This document shows, piece by piece, positions 39,871-52,580 of a DNA stretch of 64,000 nucleotides (position 1 is its first letter; each line of letters starts with the position of its first letter). The translations under genes and the position numbers were made by a program. The notes beneath the pieces are model-generated. The model was not told where the DNA came from. It saw only the letters and a program-made list of their open reading frames with translations, and did no database searches. The stretch spans positions 48,672,001-48,736,000 of the forward strand of contig NC_087447.1 in the NCBI RefSeq assembly GCF_036321535.1. Direction: 5' to 3'. This DNA is from Camelus dromedarius. Its lineage: Eukaryota.

Positions 39871-41644
39871 GGGCTCTTTATTAGCAGTAGCTTTGTTCTT
39901 GCCGTACCCTGGAGATCATGTTGCTCTCTTTAGTGAGCAGATTAAACGTTCCCATCTGACTCAGTAATGCTAAATTGCTAACAACTTCCCTAAGGTTTTA
40001 TCTTCTTCCCTTTTTGGAAGAGACTTTTCTCTGAGCTACTAAAAGCCAGAGTTGGATTAAATTAGAGAGTTTTCTCCAGTGTCCTGGAAAAGAGATAAGA
40101 TATACAGGTCATTCTAGTCAATCCAAAAGCATTCATTAAGCATCCTCTGGTGTCTCCTACTGTGCTGGATATAAATATAACCATTAAAAACTGTTAGCGT
40201 GAATTATCACACAGAGAGCAGTCCTCTGTGCAACTGGAGAAGCAGCAAACATTTATTGTGCTATCTTCCAGGCATTATGTAAACTCCTATCGATGTAAGG
40301 ACCTTTAGGAGGAAAGCATTGAAGGTAATGATTATATGGTTAGAATTTGGCAAGGTGGGTTTTGTAAGTAGACTGCAGAGAGCTTGGGACACCTATGAAT
40401 CTCTGTGTTTTCCTCTTTAGTCCCCTGGAGTTGATAACTCTACTTTGAGAAAAGAGTAACTGGGTTCAATTGAATAAAAAAAGCTCTCAATAATCAGAAT
40501 AATCATGAAATATGGAGAAAGATGCTTTCTCCCTGCAACTGCACAAAGCCATTAGAATTAACTAACAGCTAATAATTTTTAATAAATTAATAATCTCAGA
40601 GTCTAATGTTGGAATGGTTCTCATCAGGAGAACATTTCCCAAATCTCTCTCTCTCTCTTGCCCTCCCATCCTAGAGTACATTAGTAAGCAAGAGAAAGGA
40701 AGGATCAAACCTGTGTATTTTGATAGAGTAACTCCCCCACTCTGACCTTTGAGACCCATTGACCTAAGATAGGGAGCTTTGATTACCCAAGAGCCCCGAC
40801 TTTCTTCAGTGTTTTTTCCCATTGTACCATAGAAGTTCGAGGGGTAAGTATTTCTTGGTATAGAATCCCAGAGCCAGCACTAAGCTTCAAGCCTGTGCTT
40901 CTATATCCAGTTTTCTTTCCCACTGTTTCAAGCTCCTTTGTGCTCATTGTCAACACAAACCTCAACAGAGAGTGTTTAGGAAATATGTATTGCCCTTCTA
41001 TTATGTTTAGTGCACTCTGATAGAACTACAAGATAAATATATATGCATATATTTATATATGTGCATGTATATATATCAAAGTCTTTGCTTTTATTAGTTT
41101 TTTTAACCTACTTAGCAAGATAGAACATCCTTAAAAAGATTAAAAAATAAAGGGGCATGTGCTTAATGCCAAATGAGTGATTTAGACCAATGAAGCATCA
41201 CAAATAATTTGTTGCTAAAAATGAAGCAAATTTTGCTAATGATTTACCTTTATAAAATAAATTAGGATGATAAAGACATTTTTATTCACATTTCAGTATA
41301 CTTTCTTAAACTGGGGAGAAAGGGGTAGAATTATGTACATACAACTAGCTAGAAGTTACAAATTGTGAGTAACGATAAATCATTTCACATGAAACTTTAT
41401 TAAGTTTTTCTGTAGGATTGGGGAAAGGGCTGAGAACATTTAATTTATATGAAGAACTGTGAAATTTCCTAATGTAGACAATTATTGAAGGCTAGTGATT
41501 TTAGAAATTCTCGAAAAGATGAGACTAGAACTGCATTTTGATTGAAGTATAAGATTTAAACAGACTGCCGAGAGATTATGGGGAATGGGAGGAAGGATTC
41601 ACTCCAGGCCCTAGAAATGTCAAGTAACTATACAACTAGGAACA

Positions 41645-42205
41645 AGTGAAACTAACATTGGATAAACAGTTGTTATATGGCAGGGAATTTGTTAGGTACT
41701 TGACATATATTATCTCATTTAATACTTAAAAGAACCCAAGATAATTGGGATTACTTTCACAATTTCCCAGGTAAGGAAACTGATTGCAGGGGAAATAAAT
41801 TGCCTAAGGTCAACCAACTAGGAAGTGAGGTAGATTAAATATGGCCACAATTCTTTTTAGCTCCTCTCACCAGGACTACCATAAAAGGAAGCTGGGTCTA
41901 GCTTTCTGGAGGATGAGTAGCCACATGGAAGGCACCCCAGCAAAGCCAGACATGTAAGTGAGGCCACGGTGAACATTCCAGCCCTGCAGACCCTCCCACT
42001 AAATGCTGCCCCATGAGAGGAGCTCAAGTGAAGCTAGGAGAGGAACTGCCCAGCTGATCCACATAATCTCGAGGAATAATAAATTGCTATTGTTCTATCT
42101 GCTGAGTTATGAAGTGGTTTGTTACTAAGCCATAGGTAACAGCCAAGCTTTGACTTTAGCTCTTCCTTGTTCCAAAGCTGGTGTTCTTTTCATGACACAT
42201 ACTAC
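41645..42205. mobile_element. MIR (minus strand) interrupted by an MLT1 LTR (~41826-42140)
   Basis: MIR halves flank ccagacatgtaagtgaggcc...aataataaattgctattgtt...tggtttgttac. Confidence 0.65.
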
Positions 42206-42394
42206 TACCTTTTCATTGATAACATAGGTGTATCCAGTAAGATAATCTATCAGTGTCCTTTGAATTCATAATAGAATTATATTCTAGATGCATGAAATTG
42301 GAAAAGTCCAAGATATGTCTGGATAACAGGAGGAGGCCATTCTAAGTAAGATGGAAGGTGGTTGTCCAAGAAGTAATAGAAAGAAGGGTCTTCT

Positions 42395-42615
42395 AGCACA
42401 GTGATTAAGAGCAAGAGCTGGGTTTGAATCCTACCTCTATCAGTTGATGACTCTGTGACTTTGTACAAGTTGTATAACCTCCCTGTGTCTTGGTATTCCC
42501 ATTGTTAAAAAGAAATAAAAATAGAACCTTCTTCCTAGGGCTGTTGTAAGAATTAAATGCGTTAATGCATGTAAAAACTTAGAACAGGAACTGACTAACA
42601 GTGGGCACTCAATAC
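42395..42615 (+). mobile_element. MIR SINE
   Basis: gggtttgaatcctacctct...gtgactttgtacaagtt...gggcactcaata. Confidence 0.75.
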
Positions 42616-42787
42616 AGGGACACCAAGTAGACTGAGGAAGAGAGCAGAGGCAGGGAGTCCAGCCTGCCCTTGAAGCAAGGATAACATCACAAAGGCAGTG
42701 TTAGACTCTGGTGATATTTGCCGACAGTAGTGGCAGGGCCCTTCTAAACATTTAAGAGTCTTGGAAACTTTTGTGGATGGACCGCTA

Positions 42788-42816
42788 TTGTTGTTGTTGT
42801 TGTTGTTGTTGTTGTT
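42788..42816. repeat. (TTG)n microsatellite
   Basis: Visible directly. Confidence 0.95.
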
Positions 42817-42989
42817 TTGCATCTCCATATCAGAAGCAGAGAATGTTTTTGTTACAGTGATAGCTGGTTTAATGAGTTCTTTTGACATAATAAGTCCTTC
42901 ACATAATGTGCTTAACTATAACGTCTTCACATCCTTTTGTCATTTGATCACTGCTGTGCGAATAGTTAGGAACCATGGAGTCAGAGTTC

Positions 42990-43310
42990 TAGTCATTCAT
43001 TCAATAAATATTTATGCAGCATTTGCCATGTGCTGGGCTCTTTGCTACGTCCTGGGGGAAACAATGGTGCAGGGGAACAGAAATGAATAGTATCTGTACT
43101 CACAGAAGTTACAGTAGAGTAGAGAATAGAGATAAAGTAAGCAGCCAATTAGGGTGATAAATGTTTTTTTGGAAGAAGTATTGGGTACTAAGAAGTATTG
43201 CTTACAGGAGGTATTCCTGACCCAGACAGGAGAGACAGACCAAGTAAAATATATTTCACTTCCTGAAATAAATGATCTAAATGGATAGCTTTAAGTAGGA
43301 GTTAGTCAAG
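42990..43310 (-). mobile_element. L2 fragment
   Basis: cattcattcaataaatatttatgcagcatttgccatgtgc. Confidence 0.7.
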
Positions 43311-44219
43311 GTGATGCCTGAAATGCTGCCACAAGTCAAGATTAGTTTGCTTCAATAGTGGGTTCATGTTGAAGAGTGATGAAAAGAATACTGCATAATT
43401 GGTGGGGGGGTCTGTTGTATCAGAATTTCATTCCTGACAGCTGAGGATAAGGCAACAGCTAGTTGACTGGGACCTAGAAGTGACCAAACAGTAACAGAGT
43501 AAATCTGACCTAGAAGAGGTGTCTCAATAGGTGATCCAGAGAGACAAAAGAATGGGAAGAAGGTGAGATTAAGAAGAGATAGCACATCTTGCTGGTCTTA
43601 ATTGTGCAGAAAGACAAAGGGTGGCACAATGGGAAAAATAAGTGTTGGATGACATGGAGTCAGATCTTGGTATGGCCATTAACTCTCTTTAATATATGAT
43701 GTTGGTTAAGAAGTAGTCCCATTTGGAGACTGGTTTTTCCCCCTGTAAGTTATATGGTTTGGACACTTACAAGGAGACCAGAGAATGGTCTTGTCTCTGT
43801 TCTGCTACAGAACAGAAAGTGAAAGTGGGCAGACTAGCTGAATAGTATTCTGTTTCCGTAATATTGTCACTTGAGTCACAACCTGGCCAAAGTACTAAGG
43901 ACTTTAGAGTCTGCTGTTGAGCAGGTGAAGTCAGTAGCCACCAGTTTTAGAAAGAGAACTGACCTTTCTAGATTTGCAGCTGGCCCCTCTGATTATTTAC
44001 TGAAGGTTTGCAGAGGAAAGTGCACTGTGATTTTACTTAGTTGCTGTGTTTCTCTCTGCTCTTGTCACCCTTCTGCTCTCCTCCTTCTGTTATAGGAAAC
44101 TCAGAGAAGGTATATGAAAAAGTGAGCCTAGAAGAGCAGAACCCAAACCAAAGCTAATTGACCTCAAATGGTGGCATTTTAGGTCTCCACGTGGGAGTGA
44201 TCTTTAAAAAACACTGGTG

Positions 44220-44730
44220 GACCATGTCTATTGTTTTGTCTGCCTGGCACCCACCCTTTCTTCTTGGAACAGTAACCTCCCTTCTGTTTCAACACTGGTT
44301 CCATTGCTCTAGTCAGATGGTTCCAGTGGGGGCAAGAAATCGTAGGATCCCTCATCCTTGGCACAGAGTTGGATATGTCACTCAAGCCAGGGCAAAGGGA
44401 GATTTGGCAAATTGGAATTAAGAGAAGGGGCTCAGTCCCACTCAGATGCATGAGATGGAGCCAGAGACTATTAGTAGCCACATCCCTTGCTGTGTGGAGG
44501 GAGCTGTCTTTCGTAGGTAGGCTGAGAAGGGAGGAAGCCACGTGTAAGGGTGGGGATAGGGGTGGGGGGAAAATGAGAAGGGAAGGAGAACAAGAATGCT
44601 GTCTACCTTCTGGAATTACTGTGCCTATTTCTATTGTCCTGGAGGCCCAGCTACAACTTTCCCCTTGTTATGCGAAACAGTAAATTTGCCTTTGACATTT
44701 TGGGGTTTCTGTCCCTAGCAACCAAAGAAG
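44220..44730 (+). mobile_element. ERVL LTR16-like solo LTR
   Basis: tgtctattgttttgtctgcctggc ... gggtttctgtccctagcaaccaaaga. Confidence 0.55.
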
Positions 44731-46477
44731 GACTGCCTGACCTGGAAATCTTTAGTTTTCTGTTAGAGGTGACTTCTTGTTCTGTTCAGGTATAGGATTA
44801 CTCCTGGTCCTGAGCCCCTCATAGGACCAGCTTCCCTGGAACAGCCCCTTCTCATGTTGTTTCATGTTTTATACCACTAAGTGGTAGTTTTAAATTGTTC
44901 CTCACGATGACCCTTTGAGGTGGACAGGGCAGGGCAGGGTTATCCCTATTTTGTATCAGGGATACTGGGTGTAGTGACTTGCCCAAAGTCTCATAGTTTG
45001 TGAGAGGAAGAGCAAGGTCTTGAACCCAGGATATGGCTAGGACTCTTTCCGCTATGCCAGGCTCTCTGTGGACAAGAGTACTGGAGTGGCTTAGAATATG
45101 TTGCTCATTCATTCAACAAACGCCATTGAGCCTGAGCTAGGGCCAAGCACCCTTCTTAGCCGATGGTACAGTATTGAACAAGACACAGTCTTCACCCTCA
45201 CAAAGCTGAAAACTCACTATGAACAGAAACCAGTAAACAGGCATTTAGAGTAAAGTGTGGTAGACGTGATGATAGGGGGAGTGCAGGGTCCTTCTGAAGC
45301 AGATAAAAGGGACACTAAACCCGATCTGAGTTAGGAAAGGCTTCTCAGCAGAATCGCTGCCAGCCTACATGGCACCTTTTTGTGAATCAGCAAAAAAAAT
45401 CACCCTTTCCTCAAAATGCTTGGCTACCAACTGCCAGAAAATTGTCATAAAATATATAAATCTATAATATCTATGCTGTGATTGGCCCACCCCTCAGTGT
45501 GTGCGGTGTGCAACATGCACAACTGTGTGAGGCACCCTGCTTCTCAGAGGAAATACTTTTTAAGTATTTCCGAGATCCAAAGGGTGAGAGTGAGTTAGCA
45601 GACTCCCTACCTAGCAGGCCCTGGGTATGTCCGAGAATTGGGTGTGCTGCCAAACACACCATTATTTATTTAGGCAGCACAGTCCTCCTGTGGTTACTCC
45701 TGTGTCCTCAGGGACACCACACCCTTTTCCCTTCACTTCAGCCTGGTCTCCTAGGGAGCCCAGAGCACTCTGTCCCTGCAGGTTATATATCTCCCTAGAC
45801 CTGTTTGTCTACCAGAGACTAGGTTTAGGGTTTGTGTTTCTGGACTGTAGCCCTCAGTGGTGCTTAATTCAAAAGGGAAGAAACCCCAGGAGAAAACCTG
45901 ATCCTCTCTGGGAGGGGCTAGTCTGGAAGATACAGTATCTGAAGGCCTGGAGCCTTTTCCTGATTGGCTGCTAATTATGCCATTCCCTTGACTGCAGTTT
46001 TTTGTTTTTGTTTTTTAACGGTGGGGTTTTCTTAGCTCAATAAGAGAAATAAACGAGAAGGAAGCATGGAATCCTGTTCTTAGAATCCTAAAATATTAGG
46101 CCTGGGAAAAATCCCCCAGTGTGCTTTCCCCTCCCAGCATGCTTACTGAGCTGAAAATAAGCGGCAAATGCAGACTTAAAGGGGAGTAGAAATGATTGAT
46201 TTTTATAAGAGAAAACTGGAGGAGGGTTCAGTAAAGGACAGGGGCAGTGCTCTCTCTTTGCTTTGGTAATACTGGGGATTCATGTGTTGATAGAATATTT
46301 ATAAATCTCAGATTGTTTAGAACCAGCTGACAGGTGGAACTATTTTCTTCCCTAGATCATCTGTACCTCTATATAGAGATAGAACAGAGTCACATTTTGA
46401 TGTCCTGAATGTCTTGATCATGAAATGAGCTCCACCTTAGAGGTTTTACTGGTCCCCACTCCTGTACTCTATATAAT

Positions 46478-46552
46478 GCTTGTTATGTTATGTTGTTATG
46501 TTATGCTATGCTATACTATGCCATGTATGTTATATTACATTATGTTATATTA
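46478..46552. repeat. Degenerate (TATGT/TATGC)n pentamer repeat
   Basis: Visible directly. Confidence 0.85.
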
Positions 46553-47519
46553 TTCCTGAGTTCACTGGAAATTCCTTTTATCCTACACTCTGTCTTTTTC
46601 ATGCCTCTCTGCAGGCTGTTCCAGGATTGTTTTATGGAGGCTGTTAGAATGGTAGACTATTCAAATGGGAAGAACTTTAAAGAGTGCTTGGCCTAGCTCT
46701 GCACATTACAGCCAAGGAGCACAGGCCCAGAGGAGCACTGAGTGACAAATGTCAGCCAGGGATTTAGAGGCAGAGCTTGGGTGTCATGCTTAGCATTCTT
46801 TCTGCAACAGGCACAATCTCTTTTGCAACAGGCACAATCTCTTTTGCCAGGTGATTTGGTTGAGATGAATTTTGGCACCATTCTGAAAAGCTCAACATCT
46901 TATCTCTTCTCACAACAAATCCCTCTTTCCTAGTTCCTTCCTCATCTCTCCTTTCTCCTTCCCAATTTTGACTCGGATCCAGGAGCCACAACAGGTGTTG
47001 GGTCTGCCTCTCAGCAAATCCTGACTCTTGGCTGGCACAGTCCTGGGGGGTGGAGCATGCCCTTGTGCCACCCGCTTGGCTACCAGATCAGTTTCAAGGT
47101 CTCTCTGGTAACCTCCAAGGAAAATTCTACAAAAACGTTCTTTCCTCCTTGGCTCATCTAGTGATTGGCCTGAGGAAAGTCTTCAAAAGTCTCCTCTGAT
47201 CTCCCCAAAGAGCAGGGATATTTTATTGGAAACTTACCTCAAACTCCTTAAAGATTGTGGGGTTTTTTGCTAAGCTGGACACAGTATTAGCATACAATGG
47301 AGGCTAGTAAAACATGCCTGTTGTTGACAATAATGGTAATAAAACTCACCCAATTATCTGAAACCTTCCCAGACTCAGTCATTCCACTGGAGAGGGCAGG
47401 GCTGCTGTAGTGCTGAGTGTAATACCTTTTATGGGCTCAATAAATATTTGTAAGAAATATGCAAAATAGGTCTCATTTTAAGCTTAAATTAGATCCACAT
47501 TTTGAATTCACACAGGTGT

Positions 47520-48003
47520 GGGCATGTCCAGTGAGGCAGGCATGAGGAGTCCACTGCTCAGATCTCCAACACGGAGAGCCTGCTGGTAGGAGTGTTGTTA
47601 GCTGACCACCTGGGGCTGCAGCACCTTCGGAATCTACTGCAGTGTTTACACCACTGTCCTGAGCTCCCTCCCCTTCTTCCTCTTAATGACTGAGCACTGC
47701 AGACATGCAGAGCCAAGCCATGCCTGCCCAACACGGGTCTCCTCCAACAGGCAGAGTCGTTCTGCGTCTCCCCATTAGCCTGGTTGAGACTTTCTCAGAG
47801 CTGTGTTGAAGTCTGAGGTTTTTCCTGCCCAAGCCTCCTTCTGTCTCCCTCTCCATTCACAGGTGTCAGACCTACATTGCTATCCGCAGCTCTCCCATCT
47901 ACTCCCATTGCCCCTTCTCTTTATATTTCACCGGTGTTTTCCCCAATAAATCTCTTGCATTTCTTACTCCATCTTGGCATCTGCTTCCCAGAGGACCCAA
48001 ACA
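47520..48003 (+). mobile_element. ERVL LTR16-like solo LTR
   Basis: cccaataaatctcttgca...catcttggcatctgcttcccagaggaccca U5-like end. Confidence 0.65.
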
Positions 48004-49644
48004 GGCAGTTCTGCCAAGTGGACCCAACTCACCAAATCTATTTTTCATGAAGGCCTTAGGTGTCTCCTGGAAGGAACTCATCCTAAGGAAAGCAAGGGCA
48101 ATCAGGTCCAGCAACGGAATCTTCAAAATCAAAGAGAAGTGAGTCAGAGTTCAGTCAATATTAGGTTTGTCACACAGATTGTTTCCTGGCCTCACTCCCC
48201 TCCATTGGCTCATGCTCAGTAATTTGTGGAAGGGGATGCGGATGAGGAGGAACCAGCAAAATATAGAAGAGCAGCTTTACTAAAAAATCCTTGAGTCCAA
48301 AGGGCAGAAAAAGTACCTACTGAAAGTTCGTGTGACAAAGTATAGCACAAGGGTGGGAGAAAAATATTCTCTCCTCTTCACAATCCATATAATGGATTCT
48401 GTGGACTGGGGACTCTACGAGGGTCAGTGTCATCTGGCATCTCAACAGCACAGTGAGTGAGAATCACTCTTTGGGCCTCCCAGAATTTAAGGGGAGCATT
48501 TCTCAAGGAGCTGAGGTCCTTTATTAACAGGTGGAGGCAAGAGCTTGCAAAATGACATAACAACTTTGAATCACAGGCCATCTGAACTGAAAGGAACTAC
48601 AGAGATCATCTAGTCTGCTGGTTCTCAAACTATGTTCCGATTAGAGCCTCAAGGGCAGCGGTGGAGGAGTTTTATAGATGAAATACAAATGTATGATAGT
48701 TTAAAGAAAGGAAAGATTAATTTGATGGAAGAAGGTTTTCAATAAAAGTAAGAGGATAAGCAGATGAATGAACTAGTCTAGGTCAAATGGTTAATAAGTG
48801 GAAGAGCTAAGACGAGAATCATGATTTCCCAGCCTCCTGTATGCCTTCCTAAGGGACTTCAGCTGTTATTTTAGTGATGTGGTGGCTATGAGCAAATTAC
48901 TCAGAATGGAAAGAATTTGGGGGTCATGGTGTATATTTTTTCTCTATGTTCCTACTCTTGGGAGAAGGGCAGAGTGGATCTGCCTTTTGGATGCAACTTG
49001 GTGACTCTAAACAATTATGCTCTTTCTGGAGCCTGGTTTTCATTAGTTTTATATCCTCAGGCTCACAAGTCAGCCGGGGCAGAAATGTGGACAGAAAGGC
49101 CTAATGGAAGGAATATGTTTGCTTCTAATTTAGAGTAAGAACAACTGCACCCTGCAGATCAAAATCCATGGAAACTTCCACAGCCCTTCAGCAGTGTACA
49201 GAGCAGCATTTCTGAAAGAGTGCTAAGAGATACTTAATATGTTCTTGAGAAAGGGTTCCATATCCGTACTTTGGGGGAATATTCTATATTATATCCTTGT
49301 CTTGGAGATTCATGTTGCTCATAGAAGAGTCTGTGAAGAGCTCTGCAGAAGATGTCTATTTAACCTTAATCCAGGGTTTTGTGAACTTGCTTGTTGATGG
49401 CAACTTTTCTTCATGAAACATCTATTATCATCATACAGAGCACACTTGGGAAATGCTAAGGTGAAGACTACTGACTAGGAACAGATGAGGTCTGGGTTGT
49501 GGTCCTGGCTGTGCCATTAACTTGAGTTTTTCATCTTCTTTAGACTTTAGTTTCCCCAGCTGCAAAAGAGAGGATTGGACTCAATGATCTAGAGAGAGAA
49601 AAGGACTACCTTTTATTGTATACTTACTCTGTGCTAAGCATACC

Positions 49645-49792
49645 ATCTGGGCCCTGCCCTTAGAGGAGTGCCATGCTTGGTTTAATCTGCTGTCATCACC
49701 CTGAAATTCTTAATAATTTTTTTAACAAAGGCCTTGCATTTTCGTTTTACACTGGGCCCCATAAATTATGTGGCAAATTATGTAGCTGGTCC
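49645..49792. mobile_element. MER91-like hAT-Tip100 element, followed by a (TG)n/(TA)n microsatellite
   Basis: gggccctgccc...gggccccataaattatgt...agctggtcct. Confidence 0.6.
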
Positions 49793-49794
49793 TC

Positions 49795-49830
<36 letters not shown>

Positions 49831-51055
49831 ATATGTATATATACATATATATTTGTATGAGAGAGGGATTATCTCTAATATCTCTAATCCAATCAATCTA
49901 ATGAGAATGTATGTGTATTATTATTTGTGATAGACAGATATGGAAACTGAGAATGAATGGGGGTGAAAGAAATTGCTCAAGGTCACAGAGAGAGTGAATA
50001 TCAGAGCCAGGATTCCAAGTGAGTCCACTGGACTCCAAAGATTTTGCTCTTCCCACTAGACCAGCTGCCGGTACAAACATTCTATAATTCTAAGATTCTT
50101 TTGTTCTTCCAGTTACTGCTAGATTGGTCTCACTGTTTAAGTAACAGAATAACTATATTGATACTGTTCAATATCTAAGTGAATACCTGGCTAAATGAAT
50201 CAGTAAGCGGTGAGGTATATGTCAGTGAATGCATGGCTGGGTGATGGGAAATGAGTGGCTATCGAAGTCAGACAGACATGGGAGTCCAGCAAACCTGGTT
50301 CTGCCATTCATTAACCATGTGACCTGGGGTGACCTACTTGACTTCTCTAATTCCCAATTTGCCTCATAGGTATGTTGCAAGGATTAAATGAAAGTGCACT
50401 GCCTAAAACATGGTAATCCCTCAAAAGATTATTATCATTCTTTTATTAACCTGGCCAGCTAGATTTGCTGTTGTGATATCAGAGCTCCAACTATTGGAAT
50501 ACATTTGATTTATTCAGTAACAAGTGCAAAAACATTAGATTTCTTTATTTTTTTCTAAATCAAATTAAATAATAAGATTAAATTTTAATTTTTCTAATTC
50601 AAATCAGATTAAATTTAGCATCACCCTCACCTACCAGATTGGTGGGACAGTCAATATTAAGACTTCTATGGGGATACAAAAACCTCAGGGCTTACCCAGT
50701 CCAGAAAACCTGTGGGACCATCTTCAGTCCATTTTAGTTGTAGCACATTGTCCAAACAGGTGTGTTGCAGTTAGGTCTATCTGGCCCAGTTGCTCAAGCG
50801 ATCTACTCCTTCTGTTCTAAACCAGACTACCAAGAACTCCCATATGGCTTCCAAAGCCATGGCTTGGTGTTCATTCCCCAGGTGTCCTAGTAGTGTCCTA
50901 GTGCCAGAGATACTGAGAGAGAGCCAAGTGCAGATCTTTTACCACCCATCCATCCTCTTGGCTTTATAGAACCCAACTCTGCTCTCCTTTAATCCTCAGA
51001 GCTTCTGCCTTCCAAACAATCCAGCTCTGTCCCCTTAAGAATGTAGATGTTGGAA

Positions 51056-51284
51056 CCTAGTGAATAAAACAAAAAAGAAGCAGACTCAAAGATTTAGAAA
51101 ACAAACTAGTGGTTACCATTGCGGAGAGGGAAGGGGGAGCAGGGCAATATTGGGGTAGGGGAAAAGAAACGGGTTATGTGATTGTATGAAATCATGTGTG
51201 GGACACTTTTGAAAATTGTAAAGCACTATAGAATTTAAAGAATCTTTCATTCCATTAAAAAAAAAAGAATACAACGTTTAAAAA
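51056..51284 (+). mobile_element. L1 3' end with a 19-bp TSD
   Basis: gaagcagactc...aacaaactagtggttacc; flanks AAGAATGTAGATGTTGGAA (51037-51055) / AAGAATGTATATGTTGGAA (51285-51303). Confidence 0.8.
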
Positions 51285-52154
51285 AAGAATGTATATGTTG
51301 GAAACAGAAACCTCTAAATGGTCCACTGCCCCTTCCCCGTCCTCCAGAGAAAGCCTCTCAGCCTACAAAGGACTTACTGTCCTTCCAAAAAGGACACAGA
51401 GGACATTTTTCTTCAAGTCTTTCTACTAAGTCCACAGCAGAAAAAATATTAATTAATCAATCATTCATTCATTCATACCCAATATTCTCAAACCTTTTCA
51501 TCTTCTGTGAAGACTCCCATAACTCCCTCTCTCCCTTGGCCACTATAGTTCACGTGTATCCTGAATGTCTTACTTTTACTGCAAACTGGAGAATTGGGGT
51601 GGGGAAGGGGAAGTGACAGGACTAGACAGATTATGTGGCAGACTCTCTCCATTTCTGGGTGTGAACTGTCACAGCCAGCTGTTTGGAATTCCACATTTCT
51701 GATCTTCTGACCCTCTTGGGAACAATGAGGAACAGGCTTTGGAAGCTTCGATTTATATGTAATGGCACAGAGTGCTTGGTGACGGTACTGGGATGGGCTA
51801 GGATACTGATGTTCATGGAATAGATAAAACAGAAGGAAGCATTAGACCATCAGTTTTTCCCCTAGTGCAGACAATTATGCTGGGTGTCTGCCAAGTCAAG
51901 GGCAAAATTAAAATTTTGCTCTAAAGCAGCATTAGAGCTATAGATGTGTAGCGCGGGGCCCTCTAGTGGCCAGTTCTTACTCAATGACCATAAGTTGCCA
52001 TTTTCATCACCTCCAGTCTCTGTCAGTGCCTTGTCTTCTTCATTTTGGTTTTGCAAGAACCACTAACTGCCTCCACCTGTATTCTATCATCCCATTCCTC
52101 TGTCATTACTGACAACCTACTTTGGAACAGGCTCAGTGCTAGGGAACAGTTCTT

Positions 52155-52580
52155 GAGGGAGAGATTGATTCCCTTGGAAACCAACTGAGATGGAGAGTGG
52201 CATGCAGGTGTTTTAGAGCGTGCTCTTGGGAGATACATCAGTAAGGAATTGAGCACACAGGAGTGGGCAGAGGGAGAAGCTAACTCACAATGTGGTTACA
52301 GTGGGAACCTCAGCTAATCCTACTGGGAGTTCTGGAGCTGAGATGGCCCCTCAGAGTTGTCCCAAACTGATGTGATGGAACCAGACCTTTGTATCCCAGC
52401 ATCAGTCTGTCATTGGTAATGAACTGCCCCCACTTCCTCCCAGGAGGGGCTATAGCCTTGGGTGAAATAGTTCCCTGTGGCCCAGAGCAATGCACAGTGA
52501 GGGCTGCAGCTGTGAGCTGCCAGTAGCCCACATTCCCAGCAGGTGTGTCATATCTGGGCAAAGCATCACTGTATCCACTC
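52155..52580 (-). mobile_element. ERVL LTR16-like solo LTR
   Basis: Reverse-orientation relative of the 47520 and 55080 elements. Confidence 0.55.

Noticed and set aside
42595..43090. Poly-N / poly-L ORFs with a signal-peptide-like look
   Set aside because: Produced by the (TTG)n microsatellite and adjacent L2 sequence.
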